Positions 12,561 to 30,381 of a DNA stretch of 64,000 nucleotides are shown one piece after another. A program made the translations under genes and the position numbers. The stretch comes from Eledone cirrhosa (Eukaryota): contig OZ024741.1 in the NCBI GenBank assembly GCA_964016885.1, positions 174,840,001-174,904,000 on the forward strand. Direction: 5' to 3'. Positions within the stretch are counted from its first letter, which is position 1, and the number at the start of each line of letters is the position of its first letter. Below the pieces are notes generated by a model. The model searched no databases. It was given only the letters and a program-made list of their open reading frames with translations, and was not told the origin of the DNA.

Positions 12561-14197
12561 CATCATCATCACCATTTTACGTCCGTTCTTCCACGTTAGC
12601 ATGAGTTAGACGGGTTGTCCTGTTGTGGGCAGTGTCTGGTTGGCTGACCATGCCTTGCTCATACAGGAACTGATTTTGGCCTCATTTCTACAGCTGGATG
12701 CCCTTCCTAACACCAACCTCATTTACAGTGAGTGCTGGGTGCTTTTTCGTCGCGCGTACACGTCCACTTTACAGTGTGGGCTGGGTGCTTTTTTGCTGTG
12801 GCACCTCCACGACCACCTTGCAGTGGGAGGGTGTGGGGGCACATTGTCTATATGCTTCAGCTTGTACCCATGGGAGGTCGGGTACTCTGTATTACTGCGT
12901 GACGCCAGAGATCACGGTCGTGCCTTTGAGAGGTGTAATTGGGTATGGTCGGCTTTTATCGCCTCATCCCAGGTCACGTTGGGTCTCCCCACTCCGCGGT
13001 TTCCATCGACTTCTAGTGCTCTGCACCTTTTTATGCAGCTGTCATCCTTCATACGCATCACATGTCCATACCAACGCAACCGCCTCTCCTGCACACAGCA
13101 TTTGATTCCTCTTATGCTCAGTCTCTCTCTCAATTCATTTATGCTTTGTCATTCGCGTATATTACTGTTACACATCCATCGGAGCATGCAGGCTTCGTTT
13201 CTCTCTAATCTACGTAAGTCTTCCACCTTCAGTGCCCAGGTCTCACTACCATGTAACATTGCTGTTCGGATACACGTATCATACAGTCTGCTTTTCATTT
13301 TGAGGGAGAAGCCATTTGCAGCAAGCAGTGGCAGTAGTTCCCTGAACTTCTTCCATCCCGTTCTTACCCTAGTTATTGTACTTTCTGAACACCCACCTCC
13401 GCTGCTAATTCGGTCACCTAGGTAGCAGAAGCTGTCTACTGTATCTACAGAGCCCTCCCAGAGATTGGTGGTACTTGTTTCCTGTGGCTGTTTGCTGCCC
13501 CAGTACAGCTGCTGCATGTGAAGCCTACATTCTTAATTAAGCTTCCTGAGATCCCGCTACATCTCTTGTGTACCCTTTGTTTGCATTTGGAGCAGAGAAT
13601 GGAGTTCCTACCTACACCTTTCCTACACACTGAGCAAGGCCATTTCCCTGAGGGGATCTGGGTTATGTTTTCTCATCTACTTACAAGGACCTTAGTCTTT
13701 GTCATGTTGACTTTGAGACCCTTTCTTTCTAGTCCCTGCTTCCAAGTTTGGAATTTCTTCTCTAGTTCTACCATAGATTCAGCTATAAGTGTGAGGTCAT
13801 CAGCATACAGGAGTTCCCATGGGCATCCAGTCTTAAACTCCTCCGTTATTGCCTGCAGAACTATGATGAACAGGAGAGGTCTAAGAACAGAGCCCTGGTG
13901 GACACCAACCTGTACGCTAAATTCCTCGCTATACTCATTGCTAATCCTAACTTTGCTGACTGCTCCCCTATACATGGCTTGTACAGCTTTCACAAGCCAT
14001 TCATCTACTCATAGTTCTCTAAGAGCCCACCAGATTACAGCACGGGGAACTCTGTCAAAGGCTTTCTCGAGATTGACGAATGCCAGGTAGAGTGGCTCAC
14101 TTTTAGCTAGGTACTTTTCCTGTAACTGCCTCACAAGGAAGAGGATATCAGTGGTGCCACTTCCTGGTACAAACCCAAATTGCATCTCATCTAGTTC
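12561..14197 (-). mobile_element. 5'-truncated, decayed RTE family A copy
   Basis: Reverse complement of ~27178-28830; starts at LDEMQFGFV, contains YADD, has a stop near 13673 and a frameshift near 13500; (GAT)n tail at 12561. Confidence 0.95.
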
Positions 14198-14223
14198 ACA
14201 TAAATATATATATATATATATAT

Positions 14224-14258
<35 letters not shown>

Positions 14259-14267
14259 CATACATAC

Positions 14268-14303
<36 letters not shown>

Positions 14304-14431
14304 ATATATATACATACACATACATATATATATACATACATATATATATATATACATACATACACATACATATATATATACATACACATACATATATATA
14401 TACATACATATATATATACATACATATATAT

Positions 14432-14464
<33 letters not shown>

Positions 14465-14527
14465 CATACACATACATATATATATATATATATACATACA
14501 CATACATATATATATATATATATACAT

Positions 14528-14559
<32 letters not shown>

Positions 14560-14659
14560 ATACACATACATATATATATATACATATACACATATACATA
14601 CATATATATATATATATACATACATATACATACATATATATATATATATATACATACAT

Positions 14660-14690
<31 letters not shown>

Positions 14691-15163
14691 CATATATATA
14701 TACATACATATATATACATATACATATACATACATATATATATATATACATATACATACATATATATATATATACATACATACATACATATATATATACA
14801 TACATATATATATATACATATATATATATATACATACATATATATATATATACATACATATATATATATATACATACATATATATATATATACATACATA
14901 TATATATATATATATATACATACATATATATATATATACATACATACATATACATACATATATATACATATACATACACACATATACATACATATATATA
15001 CATATACATACACATATATATACATATACATACATATATATACATATACATACATATATATATATACATATACATACATGTATATATATACATATATATA
15101 TATATACATTTATATATACATATACATACGTATATATATACATATACACAAATACATACATAT

Positions 15164-15210
<47 letters not shown>

Positions 15211-15941
15211 CATATATATATATACATACATATATATATATACATACATATATATATATACACATATATATATACATACATATACATATATATACATATA
15301 TATATATACATATACTTATATATATATACATACATATATATATATACATATATATATATATACATATACATACATATACATATACATACACATATACATA
15401 TACATACACATATATATATATACATACATATATATATATACATACATATACATACATATATATACATATATATACATATATATATACATATATATATACA
15501 TACATATATATATATACATACATATATATATATATATACATACATATATATATATACATATACATACATATATATATATACATATACATACATATATATA
15601 TATAAATATACATACATATATATATACATATACATATATATATACATATATACATACATACATATATATATATACATACATACATATATATATATACATA
15701 CATATATATATATACATACATATATATATATATACATATATATATACATATATATATATACATACATATATATATTTATACATACATACATATACATATA
15801 TATATATACATATACATACACATATATATACATACATATATATACATGTACATACATATATATATATACATATACATACATATATACATATACATACATA
15901 TATATATATACATATATATATACATATACATATACATACAT

Positions 15942-15980
<39 letters not shown>

Positions 15981-15996
15981 CATATATTATACATAC

Positions 15997-16027
<31 letters not shown>

Positions 16028-16206
16028 CAAACATATATATATATATATATATATATATGCAAACATATATATATATATATATACAAACATATATATATAT
16101 ATATATACAAACATATATATATATATATATACAAACATATATATATATATATATATACAAACATATATATATATATATATACATACATACATACATATAT
16201 ATATAT

Positions 16207-16237
<31 letters not shown>

Positions 16238-16290
16238 CATACATATATATATATACATACATACATATATATATATATACATACATACAC

Positions 16291-16321
<31 letters not shown>

Positions 16322-16334
16322 CAAACATATATAT

Positions 16335-16365
<31 letters not shown>

Positions 16366-16626
16366 CATACATATATATATACATACATATATATATATAT
16401 ACATACATACATATACATATATATACATACATATATACATATACATACATATATATGTACATACATACATATATACATATACATATATATATACATACAT
16501 ATATATACATATACATACATACATACATATATATGTACATACATACATATATACATATACATACATATATATGTACATACATACATATATACATATACAT
16601 ATATATATACATACATACATATATAC
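14198..16626. repeat. Long compound (TA)n/(TACA)n array
   Basis: Directly visible; C interruptions almost only on the + strand. Confidence 0.98.
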
Positions 16627-17103
16627 ATCATTATCATCAGGTTTAGCGTCCGTGTTCCACGCTTGCATGGGTTTGGACGGGGGTTTTCCCACTTGAGGCA
16701 AGAGTGGTTGTCTTGCTCGCATAGGACTGTCTGGCGGGTTTTCTACAGTTGGATGCCCTTCCTAACACCAACCACATTTACAGTGTGGGGCTGGGAGGTT
16801 TTTACCGTGTTGCCTACACGTCCACATTACAGCGTGGACTATCTGGCGGGTTTTCTACAGCTGGATGCCCTTCCTAACACCAACCACATTTAAAGTGTGG
16901 GGCTGGAAGGTTTTTATCGTGTTGCCTACACGGCCACATTTACAGCGTGGACTGTGTGTTTTTTTGTCGTGACACCTACACGATCTCATTTGTTTCGGCC
17001 TGGATGTTGTGGGACCAACATAACTTTACATTGAAAGGGGCGGTGTGGATGGGGTGGAGGTGGTGGGACGGGGGGGGGGGGGGTGTTTTGATAGAGATGC
17101 CTA
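16627..17103 (-). mobile_element. RTE family B2, 3' UTR-only copy
   Basis: Reverse complement of ~21220-21690, including the doubled ~112-bp module. Confidence 0.92.
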
Positions 17104-19816
<2,713 letters not shown>

Positions 19817-19916
19817 ATCATCATCATCATCACCGTTTTACGTCCGTTCTTCCACGCTAGCATGGGTTAGACGGGTTGTCCTGTTGTGGGCAGTGTCTGG
19901 TCGGCTGCCCACAACA
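19817..19916 (-). mobile_element. Extremely 5'-truncated RTE-A tail (~90 bp) with a fold-back junction
   Basis: Matches the reverse complement of 28740-28830, then switches to ctgcccacaaca. Confidence 0.9.
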
Positions 19917-19983
19917 TATACATATATATATATACATATATATATACATATATATATACATATATATATACATATATATATAC

Positions 19984-20014
<31 letters not shown>

Positions 20015-20182
20015 CATATATATACATATATATATACATATATATACATATATATATATACATATATATTGACATATATATATACATATATATATACATA
20101 TATATATACATATATATATATACATATATATATACATATATATATGCATATATATATATACATATATATATACATATATATA

Positions 20183-20220
<38 letters not shown>

Positions 20221-20323
20221 TATATACATATACATATATATATACATATATATATACATATATATATATATATACATATATATATACATATATATATACA
20301 TATATATATACATATATATATAC

Positions 20324-20356
<33 letters not shown>

Positions 20357-20423
20357 CATATATATATACATATATATATACATATATATATATATATACA
20401 TATATATATACATATATATATAC

Positions 20424-20456
<33 letters not shown>

Positions 20457-20501
20457 CATATATATATACAGATATATATATATACAGATATATATATATA
20501 C

Positions 20502-20534
<33 letters not shown>

Positions 20535-20551
20535 CAGATATATATATATAC

Positions 20552-20600
<49 letters not shown>

Positions 20601-20807
20601 CATACATATATATATACATACATATATATATATATACATACATATATATATATATACATATACATATATATATATACATATATATACATACATATACATA
20701 TATATATATACATATATATACATACATATATATATATATACATATACATACACATATATACATACACATATATACATACATATATATATATACATACATA
20801 TATACAT
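19917..20807. repeat. (TA)n/(TACA)n array
   Basis: Directly visible. Confidence 0.98.
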
Positions 20808-21693
20808 AAAGACCTGGGCATTGTGTGCAGAGGATATACGCAGACTAGAGAGGAACGAAGCTTGCATGCTCCGCTGGATGTGCAATAGTAATATACGTGA
20901 ACGGCAAAGCATAAACGAACTAAGGAAAAAATTAGAAATAAAAGGGATCAGATGTTGTTTACTCGAGAGAAGGCTACGTTGGTACGGTCACGTGATGCGC
21001 ATGAAAGACGACAGCTGTATAACAAAGTGCAGGGCAATAAAGATAGACGGTAGCCACGGACTAGGCAGACCCAGAAAAACATGGGACGAGCTGATAAATT
21101 TCGACCTCACACGCTTACACCTCTCCAAGACAATGTCACTGGACCGAGACCTTTGGCGGTACTCAGTAATAGAGAAGACCCACCTTACCTAAATACAAAG
21201 TAAAAACCTACTACAGTCAGTAGGCATCTCTATCAAAACACCCCCCCGTCCCACCACCTCCACCCCAACCACACCGCCCCTTTCAATGTAAAGTTATGTT
21301 GGTCCCACAACATCCAGGCCGAAACAAATGAGATCGTGTATGTGTCACGATAAAAAAACACACAGTCCACGCTGTAAATGTGGCCGTGTAGGCAACACGG
21401 TAAAAACCTCCCAGCCCCACACTGTAAATGTGGTTGGTGTTAGGAAGGGCATCCAGCTGTAGAAAACCCGCCAGACAGTCCACGCTGTAATGTGGACGTG
21501 TAGGCAACACGGTAAAAACCTCCCAGCCCCACACTGTAAATGTGGTTGGTGTTAGGAAGGGCATCCAACTGTAGAAAACCCGCCAGACAGTCCTATGCGA
21601 GCAAGACAACCACTCTTGCCTCAAGTGGGAAAACCCCCGTCCAAACCCATGCAAGCGTGGAACACGGACGCTAAACCTGATGATGATGATGAT
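20808..21693 (+). mobile_element. 5'-truncated RTE family B2 copy
   Basis: [16 protein letters not shown]...EKTHLT*, a 3' UTR with a duplicated module and a (GAT)n tail. Confidence 0.95.
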
Positions 21694-22334
21694 ATATATA
21701 CATATACATACATATATACACATATACATACATATATACATACATATATATACACATATACATACATATATACATACATATACATACATATACATACATA
21801 TATACATATACATACATATATACATACATATACATACATATATATACATATATACATATACATACATATATATATACATATCCATACATATATATATACA
21901 TATACATACATATATACATACATATATATATACATATATATATATACATATACATACATATACATATATATATATATATATATACATACATATATACATA
22001 TAAACTGGCGTAGATATACAATACAACAGGAGGAACATAATAGTACCACTGATGATGTTGCAGATGTGGAACGAAAGAACTTTGTTAGACTATATATATG
22101 TGTTTATATCTATATCATATCTGTATTTTTGACCGTTGGTCAGTCAATGGTAAACATTGAGGACTGAATGAATTAATTGTGGAGATATAAAAGATACAGA
22201 AGCGAAAACCAACCAAAGAGTGAGTGTGTTCTGTTATTAATTCTGGCAATATTATTACAACAATACAACCCTCCCCAAGTACAACAACATACATACATAT
22301 ACACATATATATATATATGCAGAGGTTCTATTTA

Positions 22335-22615
22335 ATTTAAAAATGTTTATAACTGATATAAAGCACTCAACAATGTACTGGAGTAAATATACAAAATATT
22401 AATGAATGGAAACTATATTTATTTTATTATACATATTTCAAGGGCAACCAAGGAAAATTATGGTGCGCTTTCATCAGATAAAATTCAGATTTGTTTTATA
22501 AATAAATATTGACACACCCAGAAAAAAAAGACAACCTTAAAGGTTGGAGCTTTATATGTATAATAAAATAAATATGGTTTTATAAATATAATTTCTATTA
22601 ATATATTGTATATTG
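22335..22615 (-). mobile_element. Penelope pLTR-like fragment with a minimal hammerhead ribozyme (22422-22483)
   Basis: Minus strand UUUUAU-CUGAUGA-stem II-GAAA-UAUGUAUA^AUAAAA; flanks homologous to 32700-32860; partial inverted arm at 22553-22610. Confidence 0.7.
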
Positions 22616-22619
22616 TATA

Positions 22620-23485
22620 TAGCTGCTAAAGGGTTCTCCCTAAAAATGAAAGGCAGGTTGTACGATGCCTGCATACGAACAGCAATGCTGCATGGCAGTG
22701 AGACCTGGGCATTGTGTGCAGAGGATATACGCAGACTAGAGAGGAACGAAGCTTGCATGCTCCGCTGGATGTGTAACAGTAATATACGTGAACGGCAAAG
22801 CATAAACGAACTAAGGAAAAAATTAGAGATAAGAGGGATCAGATGTTGTTTACTCGAGAGAAGGCTGCGTTGGTATGGACACGTGATGCGCATGAAAGAC
22901 GACAGCTGTATAACAAAGTGCAGGGCAATAAAGATAGACGGTAGTCACGGAATAGGCAGACCTAGAAAAACCTGGGACGAGCTGATAAACTCCGACCTCA
23001 CACACTTACACCTCTCCAAGACAATGTCACTGGACCGAGACCTTTGGCGGTACTCAGTAACAGAGAAGACCCGCCTTACCTAAATATATAGTAAAACCTA
23101 CTCCAGCCAGTAGGCATCTCTAACAAAATACACCCCGTCCCACCACCACCACCCCCACCCCATCCACACCACCCCGTTCTATGTAAAGTTGTGTTGGTGC
23201 CACACCATCCAGGCCGAAACAAATGAGATCGTGTAGGTGTCACGACAAAAAAACACACAGTCCACGCTGTAATGTGGCCGTGTAGGCAACACGGTACAAA
23301 CCTCCCAGACCCACACTGTAAATGTGGTTGGTGTTAGGAAGGGCATCCAACTGTAGAAAACCTGCCAGACAGTCCTATGCGAGCAAGACAATCACTCTTG
23401 CCTCAAGTGGGACTACCCCCGTCCAAACCCATGCAAGCGTGCAACACGGACGTTAAACGTTGATGATGATGATGATGATGATGAT
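22620..23485 (+). mobile_element. 5'-truncated RTE family B1 copy
   Basis: [17 protein letters not shown]...EKTRLT*, 3' UTR and (GAT)n. Confidence 0.95.
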
Positions 23486-23797
23486 ATATATATATAAATC
23501 AGGAAAGAAGATTGACATGGTTTGCAATACAAAAAAGGTTTTTAATCTCATTGCTGTCAATTGTTTCTCTGAACTGGTAGGTCTAGAGATCGCTATTCGC
23601 TTGTTTTCACGTTACTCGATCGCCAATACAAAATTATAACCAGTCAGTTCTTCTTATTATTATTAATATTACTATTATTATTCTCTACATTCCTTACATC
23701 AAACTAAAATATGTTGACAATCTTTTAATAATGTCTTCCTTGTGAAATGTGTGGTCTTGTTTTGCTTAACTAATGAATACATAAATATATATATATA

Positions 23798-24485
23798 TCA
23801 TCATCATCATCATCATCATCAACGTTTAACGTCCGTGTTCCACGCTTGCATGGGTTTGGACGGGGGTAGTCCCACTTGAGGCAAGAGTGATTGTCTTGCT
23901 CGCATAGGACTGTCTGGCAGGTTTTCTACAGTTGGATGCCCTTCCTAACACCAACCACATTTACAGTGTGGGTCTGGGAGGTTTTTACCGTGTTGCCTAC
24001 ACGGCCACATTACAGCGTGGACTGTGTGTTTTTTTTGTCGTGACACCTACACGATCTCATTTGTTTCGGCCTGGATGGCGCGGCACCAACATAACTTTTC
24101 ATAGAACGGGGTGGTGTGGATGGGGTGGGGGTGGTGGTGGTGGGACGGGGTGTATTTGTTAGAGATGCCTACTGGCTGGAGTAGGTTTTACTATATATTT
24201 AGGTAAGGCGGGTCTTCTCTGTTACTGAGTACCGCCAAAGGTTTCGGTCCAGTGACATTGTCTTGGAGAGGTGTAAGTGTGTGATGTCGGAGTTTATCAG
24301 CTCGTCCCAGGTTTTTCTAGGTCTGCCTATTCCGTGACTACCGTCTATCTTTATTGCCCTGCACTTTGTTATACAGCTATCGACTTTCATGCGCATCACG
24401 TGTCCATACCAACGTAGCCTTCTCTCGAGTAAACAACATCTGATCCCTCTTATCTCTAATTTTTTCCTTAGTTCGTTTATGCTTT
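23798..24485 (-). mobile_element. 5'-truncated RTE family B1 copy, tail-to-tail with the previous copy
   Basis: Near-identical reverse complement of 22797-23485. Confidence 0.95.
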
Positions 24486-24664
24486 ATATATATATATATA
24501 TATATACATACATATATATACACATACATATATATATACATACATATATATACTTATTCATACATATATATTTACTTACATATATATACACATACATATA
24601 TATACTTATTCATACATATATATTTACATACATATATATACACATACATATATATACACATACA

Positions 24665-24702
<38 letters not shown>

Positions 24703-24742
24703 CACATACATATATATATACATATATATATATATACATACA

Positions 24743-24776
<34 letters not shown>

Positions 24777-25352
24777 CATACATATACATACATATATACA
24801 TACATATACATACATATATATATACATATACATACATATATATATACATATACATACATATATATATACATATATATACATATATATATACATATACATA
24901 CATATATATATACATATACATACATATATATATACATATACATACATATATATATACATATATATACATATATATATACATATACATACATATATACATA
25001 TACATACATATATATATACATACATATATATATACATATACATACATATATATATACATATACATACATATATATATACATATACATACATATATATATA
25101 CATATACATACATATATATATACATATACATACATATATATATACATATACATACATATATATATACATACATATACATACATACATATACATACATACA
25201 TATACATACATACATACACATACATATATATATATACATATATATATACATATACATACATATATACATACATATATATATATACATATACATACATATA
25301 TATATACATATGCATACATATATATATACATATGCATACGTACATATATATA

Positions 25353-25414
<62 letters not shown>

Positions 25415-25440
25415 CATACATATATACATATATATACATA
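24486..25440. repeat. (TA)n/(TACA)n array
   Basis: Directly visible. Confidence 0.98.
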
Positions 25441-28400
25441 CATGAAGCGCCAACCCAGAGACCCTCCCCTACGAGTGTCGACAAATGCCCAAAACTCCGA
25501 GTTGGTACCATCAATGTAGGCTCAATGAAAGGAAGAGCAGGAGAAATCGTAGAAATGCTAGAGCGAAAGGAAGTTGATGTATGCTGTGTGCAAGAGACTA
25601 GATGGAGAGGAGGGTCTGCTAGAGTCCTTGTAGGAAAAAGCCAGTGCTACAAATTTTTCTGGGTGGGAAATGACGATGGGATGGGTGGTGTAGGTATACT
25701 ATTAGCTGACAAGTGGGTAGATAAAGTAATCTCAGTGTACAGGGTAAATGCAAGAATCATTAAACTCAGACTAGTCCTGAATAAGACAATTACCACAATA
25801 ATATCAGCTTACGCACCCCAATCGGGGCTGCCAGACGAACTTAAGGATAGGTTTTACGAGTCCCTAATACACACTACTGCTCTAACAGACGACAAGGACT
25901 TCCTAATCATTGCAGGAGATTTTAACGGACACGTAGGTAAACACTGCGACGGCTTCAATAGAGTACATGGAGGCCATGGAGTTGGCACAAGGAATGAGGA
26001 AGGATTCAGACTTCTAGAATTCTGCGACGCCAATGACATGTCGATATGTAACACAAACTTTAAAAAACCCGACAACCACCTGATCACCTATAGATCAGGG
26101 GAGCACTCTAGTCAGTTAGATTTTATCCTCATCAGAGGACGTGACAGATGGACGGTCGTAAACACAAAAGCCTTCCCTAGTGAGGAATGTACATCCCAAC
26201 ATAGCTTAGTTGTCAGCGACCTCACGGTCAGAACTAGACGAGCCCTGAAACAGAGGCCAGCCTGGAGAAGAAAGATCTGGAAGCTGAAAGTCCCCTCAAC
26301 CAGTAACAGATTTAAAGATATTTTACTCAACGCCTACGACAGTAAAGAAGAACAGATAGAGACATTTAACGTAGAAGAGAACTGGGAGTTCCTAAAAAAT
26401 AACTTACTAGAGGCGACGGATGAGGTTTGTGGCTGGAGTAAGACCTCAAGCAGGAGGAGAGTGACTTGGTGGTGGAACAATAAGGTAGATGAAGCAGTCA
26501 AGGCCAAGAGACAGGCATGGAAAGAATGGAAGAACGGGGGGAGCAGGGTACATTACATAGAGACCAAGAGGGAAGCTAGGCGACAAGTATACTTAGCTAG
26601 GAGGGAAGCAGAGGATAGAAAATTCAAGCATGTTTTACAACGTGAGGACCAGAAACAGGAGGTATTCAAGATTGCGAGGCAGTGTGTCAGAGATAGTTGT
26701 GATGTCATTGGAGAGAAGTGTATCCGGAATGATAAAGGTGAGCTTGCCCTCACAAGTGCTGAGAAGAAAGATGCATGGAAGAGTCATTATGATAGATTAC
26801 TAAATGAGGAGAATGCATGGGAAGAAGAGACCCTACCCCACGTAGACCCTATAGAGGGACCAGCAGTACAAGTCAGCGGCAGCGTAGTAAGTAAGGCAAT
26901 CAGAGATATGAAGATAGGGAAGGCAACCGGTCCATCGGGTATAGCTGCTGAGATGCTGAAGGCATCTGGGTCTGTAGGTCACACTATAACCACACGTATC
27001 GTTAACCAGGTAATACTAGAGGGGGCCATACCAAAAGATTGGTGCAGTAGCATCATTGTCAACTGCTACAAAGGTAAAGGCGATGCACTAGATAGAGGAA
27101 ACTATAGAGGTATAAAGTTGATGGACCAGGTCATGAAAGTAACAGAAAGAGTTATAGCACAGCTGATTAGGGACCGGGTGAATATAGACGAGATGCAATT
27201 TGGGTTTGTACCAGGGAAAGGCACCACTGATGCGCTCTTCCTTGTGAGGCAATTACAGGAAAAGTACCTAGCTAAAAGTAAGCCACTCTACTTGGCATTT
27301 GTCGACCTTGAGAAAGCCTTTGACAGAGTTCCACGTGCAGTAATCTGGTGGGCTCTTAGAAAACTAGGAGTAGATGAATGGCTTGTGAAAGCGGTACAAG
27401 CCATGTATAGGGGAGCAGTCAGCAAAGTTAGGATTGGCAATGAGTATAGCGAGGAATTTAGCGTACAGGTTGGGGTCCACCAGGGCTCTGTTCTTAGCCC
27501 TCTCCTGTTCATCATAGTCCTGCAGGCAATAACGGAGGAGTTTAAGACCGGATGCCCATGGGAACTCCTGTATGCTGATGACCTCGCACTCATAGCTGAA
27601 TCTATGGTAGAACTAGAGAATAAATTCCAAACCTGGAAGCAGGGACTAGAGAGAAAGGGCCTCAAAGTCAACATGACAAAGACTAAGGTCCTTATAAGTA
27701 GACGAGAAAACAGAACCCAGATCCCCTCAGGGAAATGGCCTTGCTCAGTATGTAGGAAAGGTGTAGGTAGGAACTCCATTCTTTGCCCCAAATGCAAACA
27801 ATGGGTACACAAGAGATGTAGCGGGATCTCAGGAAGCTTAATTAAGAATGTAGGATTCACATGCAGCAGCTGTGCTGAAACAGCAAGCAAACAGCCACAG
27901 GAAACAAGTACCACCAATCTCTGGGAGGGCCCTGTAGAAACAGTAGACAGCTTCTGCTACCTAGGTGACCGAATTAGCAACGGAGGTGGGTGCTCAGAAA
28001 GTACAATAACTAGGGTAAGAACGGGATGGAAGAAGTTTAGGGAACTACTACCACTGCTAGCTGCAAAAGGCTTCTCCCTCAGAATGAAAGGCAGACTGTA
28101 TGATGCGTGTATCCGAACAGCGATGTTGCATGGTAGTGAGACCTGGGCGCTGAAGGTGGAAGACTTACGTAGATTAGAGAGAAACGAAGCCTGCATGCTC
28201 CGATGGATGTGTAACAGTAATATACGTGAACGACAAAGCATAAATGAATTGAGAGAGAGACTGAGCATAAGAGGAATCAAATGCTGCATGCAGGAGAGGC
28301 GGTTACGCTGGTATGGACATGTGATGCGTATGAAGGATGACAGCTGCATAAAAAGGTGCAGAGCACTAGAAGTTGATGGAAACCGCGGAGTGGGGAGACC

Positions 28401-28833
28401 CAAGATGACTTGGGATGAGGTGATAAAAGCCGACCTTACCCAACTACACCTCTCAAAGTCAATGACACACGACGGTGACTTCTGGCGTCACGCAGTAATA
28501 CAGGGTACCCGACCTCCCATGGGTACATGCTGAAGCATATAAACAATATGCCCCCCCCCCCCACCGCAAGGTGGTCGTGGAGGTGCCACGGCAAAAAAGC
28601 ACCCAGCCCACACTGTAAAGTGGACGTGTAGGCGCCACGAGAAAGCACCCAGCACTCACTGTAAATGAGGTTGGTGTTAGGAAGGGCATCCAGCTGTAGA
28701 AATCAAGCCAGATCAGTTCCTGTATGAGCAAGGCATGGTCAGCCGACCAGACACTGCCCACAACAGGACAACCCGTCTAACCCATGCTAGCGTGGAAGAA
28801 CGGACGTAAAACGGTGATGATGATGATGATGAT
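25441..28833 (+). mobile_element. Near full-length RTE-clade LINE, family A
   Basis: The reading frame is open from the array junction (HEAPTQ...[11 protein letters not shown]) to 28533; 3' UTR ends in (GAT)n; 5' UTR and native start are missing. Confidence 0.97.
25525..28533 (+). CDS. RTE ORF: APE endonuclease + reverse transcriptase with PHD-type insert (1002 aa)
   Basis: APE motifs [34 protein letters not shown]; RT motifs [34 protein letters not shown]; C-terminal RLRWYGHV and GRPK typical of RTE. Confidence 0.97.
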   Translation: MKGRAGEIVEMLERKEVDVCCVQETRWRGGSARVLVGKSQCYKFFWVGNDDGMGGVGILLADKWVDKVISVYRVNARIIKLRLVLNKTITTIISAYAPQSGLPDELKDRFYESLIHTTALTDDKDFLIIAGDFNGHVGKHCDGFNRVHGGHGVGTRNEEGFRLLEFCDANDMSICNTNFKKPDNHLITYRSGEHSSQLDFILIRGRDRWTVVNTKAFPSEECTSQHSLVVSDLTVRTRRALKQRPAWRRKIWKLKVPSTSNRFKDILLNAYDSKEEQIETFNVEENWEFLKNNLLEATDEVCGWSKTSSRRRVTWWWNNKVDEAVKAKRQAWKEWKNGGSRVHYIETKREARRQVYLARREAEDRKFKHVLQREDQKQEVFKIARQCVRDSCDVIGEKCIRNDKGELALTSAEKKDAWKSHYDRLLNEENAWEEETLPHVDPIEGPAVQVSGSVVSKAIRDMKIGKATGPSGIAAEMLKASGSVGHTITTRIVNQVILEGAIPKDWCSSIIVNCYKGKGDALDRGNYRGIKLMDQVMKVTERVIAQLIRDRVNIDEMQFGFVPGKGTTDALFLVRQLQEKYLAKSKPLYLAFVDLEKAFDRVPRAVIWWALRKLGVDEWLVKAVQAMYRGAVSKVRIGNEYSEEFSVQVGVHQGSVLSPLLFIIVLQAITEEFKTGCPWELLYADDLALIAESMVELENKFQTWKQGLERKGLKVNMTKTKVLISRRENRTQIPSGKWPCSVCRKGVGRNSILCPKCKQWVHKRCSGISGSLIKNVGFTCSSCAETASKQPQETSTTNLWEGPVETVDSFCYLGDRISNGGGCSESTITRVRTGWKKFRELLPLLAAKGFSLRMKGRLYDACIRTAMLHGSETWALKVEDLRRLERNEACMLRWMCNSNIRERQSINELRERLSIRGIKCCMQERRLRWYGHVMRMKDDSCIKRCRALEVDGNRGVGRPKMTWDEVIKADLTQLHLSKSMTHDGDFWRHAVIQGTRPPMGTC

Positions 28834-29289
28834 ATACATACATATATATATACATACATACATATATATATATATATACATATATATACATATACATAGA
28901 TATATATACATATATATATACATATACATAGATATATATACATATATATATACATATACATAGATATATATACATATATATATACATATACATACATATA
29001 TATACATATATATATACATATACATATACATACATATATATATATATATATACATATACATACATATATATATATACATATACATACATATATATATATA
29101 CATACATATACATACATATATATATACATACATAGATATACATACATATAGATACATATATATATACATATATATATATACATACATATATATACATATA
29201 TATATATACATACATATAGATACATATATATATACATATATATATATATACATACATATATATACATATATATATATATATATACATAC

Positions 29290-29354
<65 letters not shown>

Positions 29355-29668
29355 CAGTAGAATAATCGAGTATCAAAAAATCGGCACACGAGTTCACGAT
29401 AAACACAATTCGAGACGAGCGGCAGAGGGCTCCATAATTCAAATAAATCAGAGCTATAACTATCGTTAAAATACCGTCACACGTAGAATATGTCTACAAT
29501 CAACCAAATAACCGAAAATTTTTGATATGGAAGATTCGGGACACTCAGATAAATTATCAATAAATCAATAAATGAAATGAATATGTATATACATATATAT
29601 ATATACATATATATACATATATATACATACATATATATATATACATATATATACATATATATACATAC

Positions 29669-29731
<63 letters not shown>

Positions 29732-29768
29732 CATATACATACATATATATACATATATATATATATAC

Positions 29769-29823
<55 letters not shown>

Positions 29824-29952
29824 CATACATATATATACATATATATATATACATATACATACATATATATACATATATACATACATATACATACATATAT
29901 ATATACATACATATACATACATATATATATACATATATATATATACATATAC

Positions 29953-29988
<36 letters not shown>

Positions 29989-30177
29989 ACATACATATAT
30001 ATATATATACATACATATATATATATATACATATACATACATATATATATATATATATATACATACATAATATATATACATATACCTACATATATATACA
30101 TATACATACATATACATACATATACATACATATATATATATACATACATATACAAACATATATATATATACATATAC

Positions 30178-30273
<96 letters not shown>

Positions 30274-30334
30274 ATACATATATATACATATACATATATA
30301 TATATATATATACATATATAATATATATATATAC

Positions 30335-30381
<47 letters not shown>

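Noticed and set aside
22060-22090. ctgatgatgtt...aacgaaagaactttg hammerhead-like motif
   Set aside because: Stem I is only ~2 bp and stem III is not convincing; at best a decayed pLTR.
29355-29580. TA-CAGTAGAATAATCG start resembling a pogo/Tigger-type TIR
   Set aside because: No matching right TIR or transposase sequence in the window.
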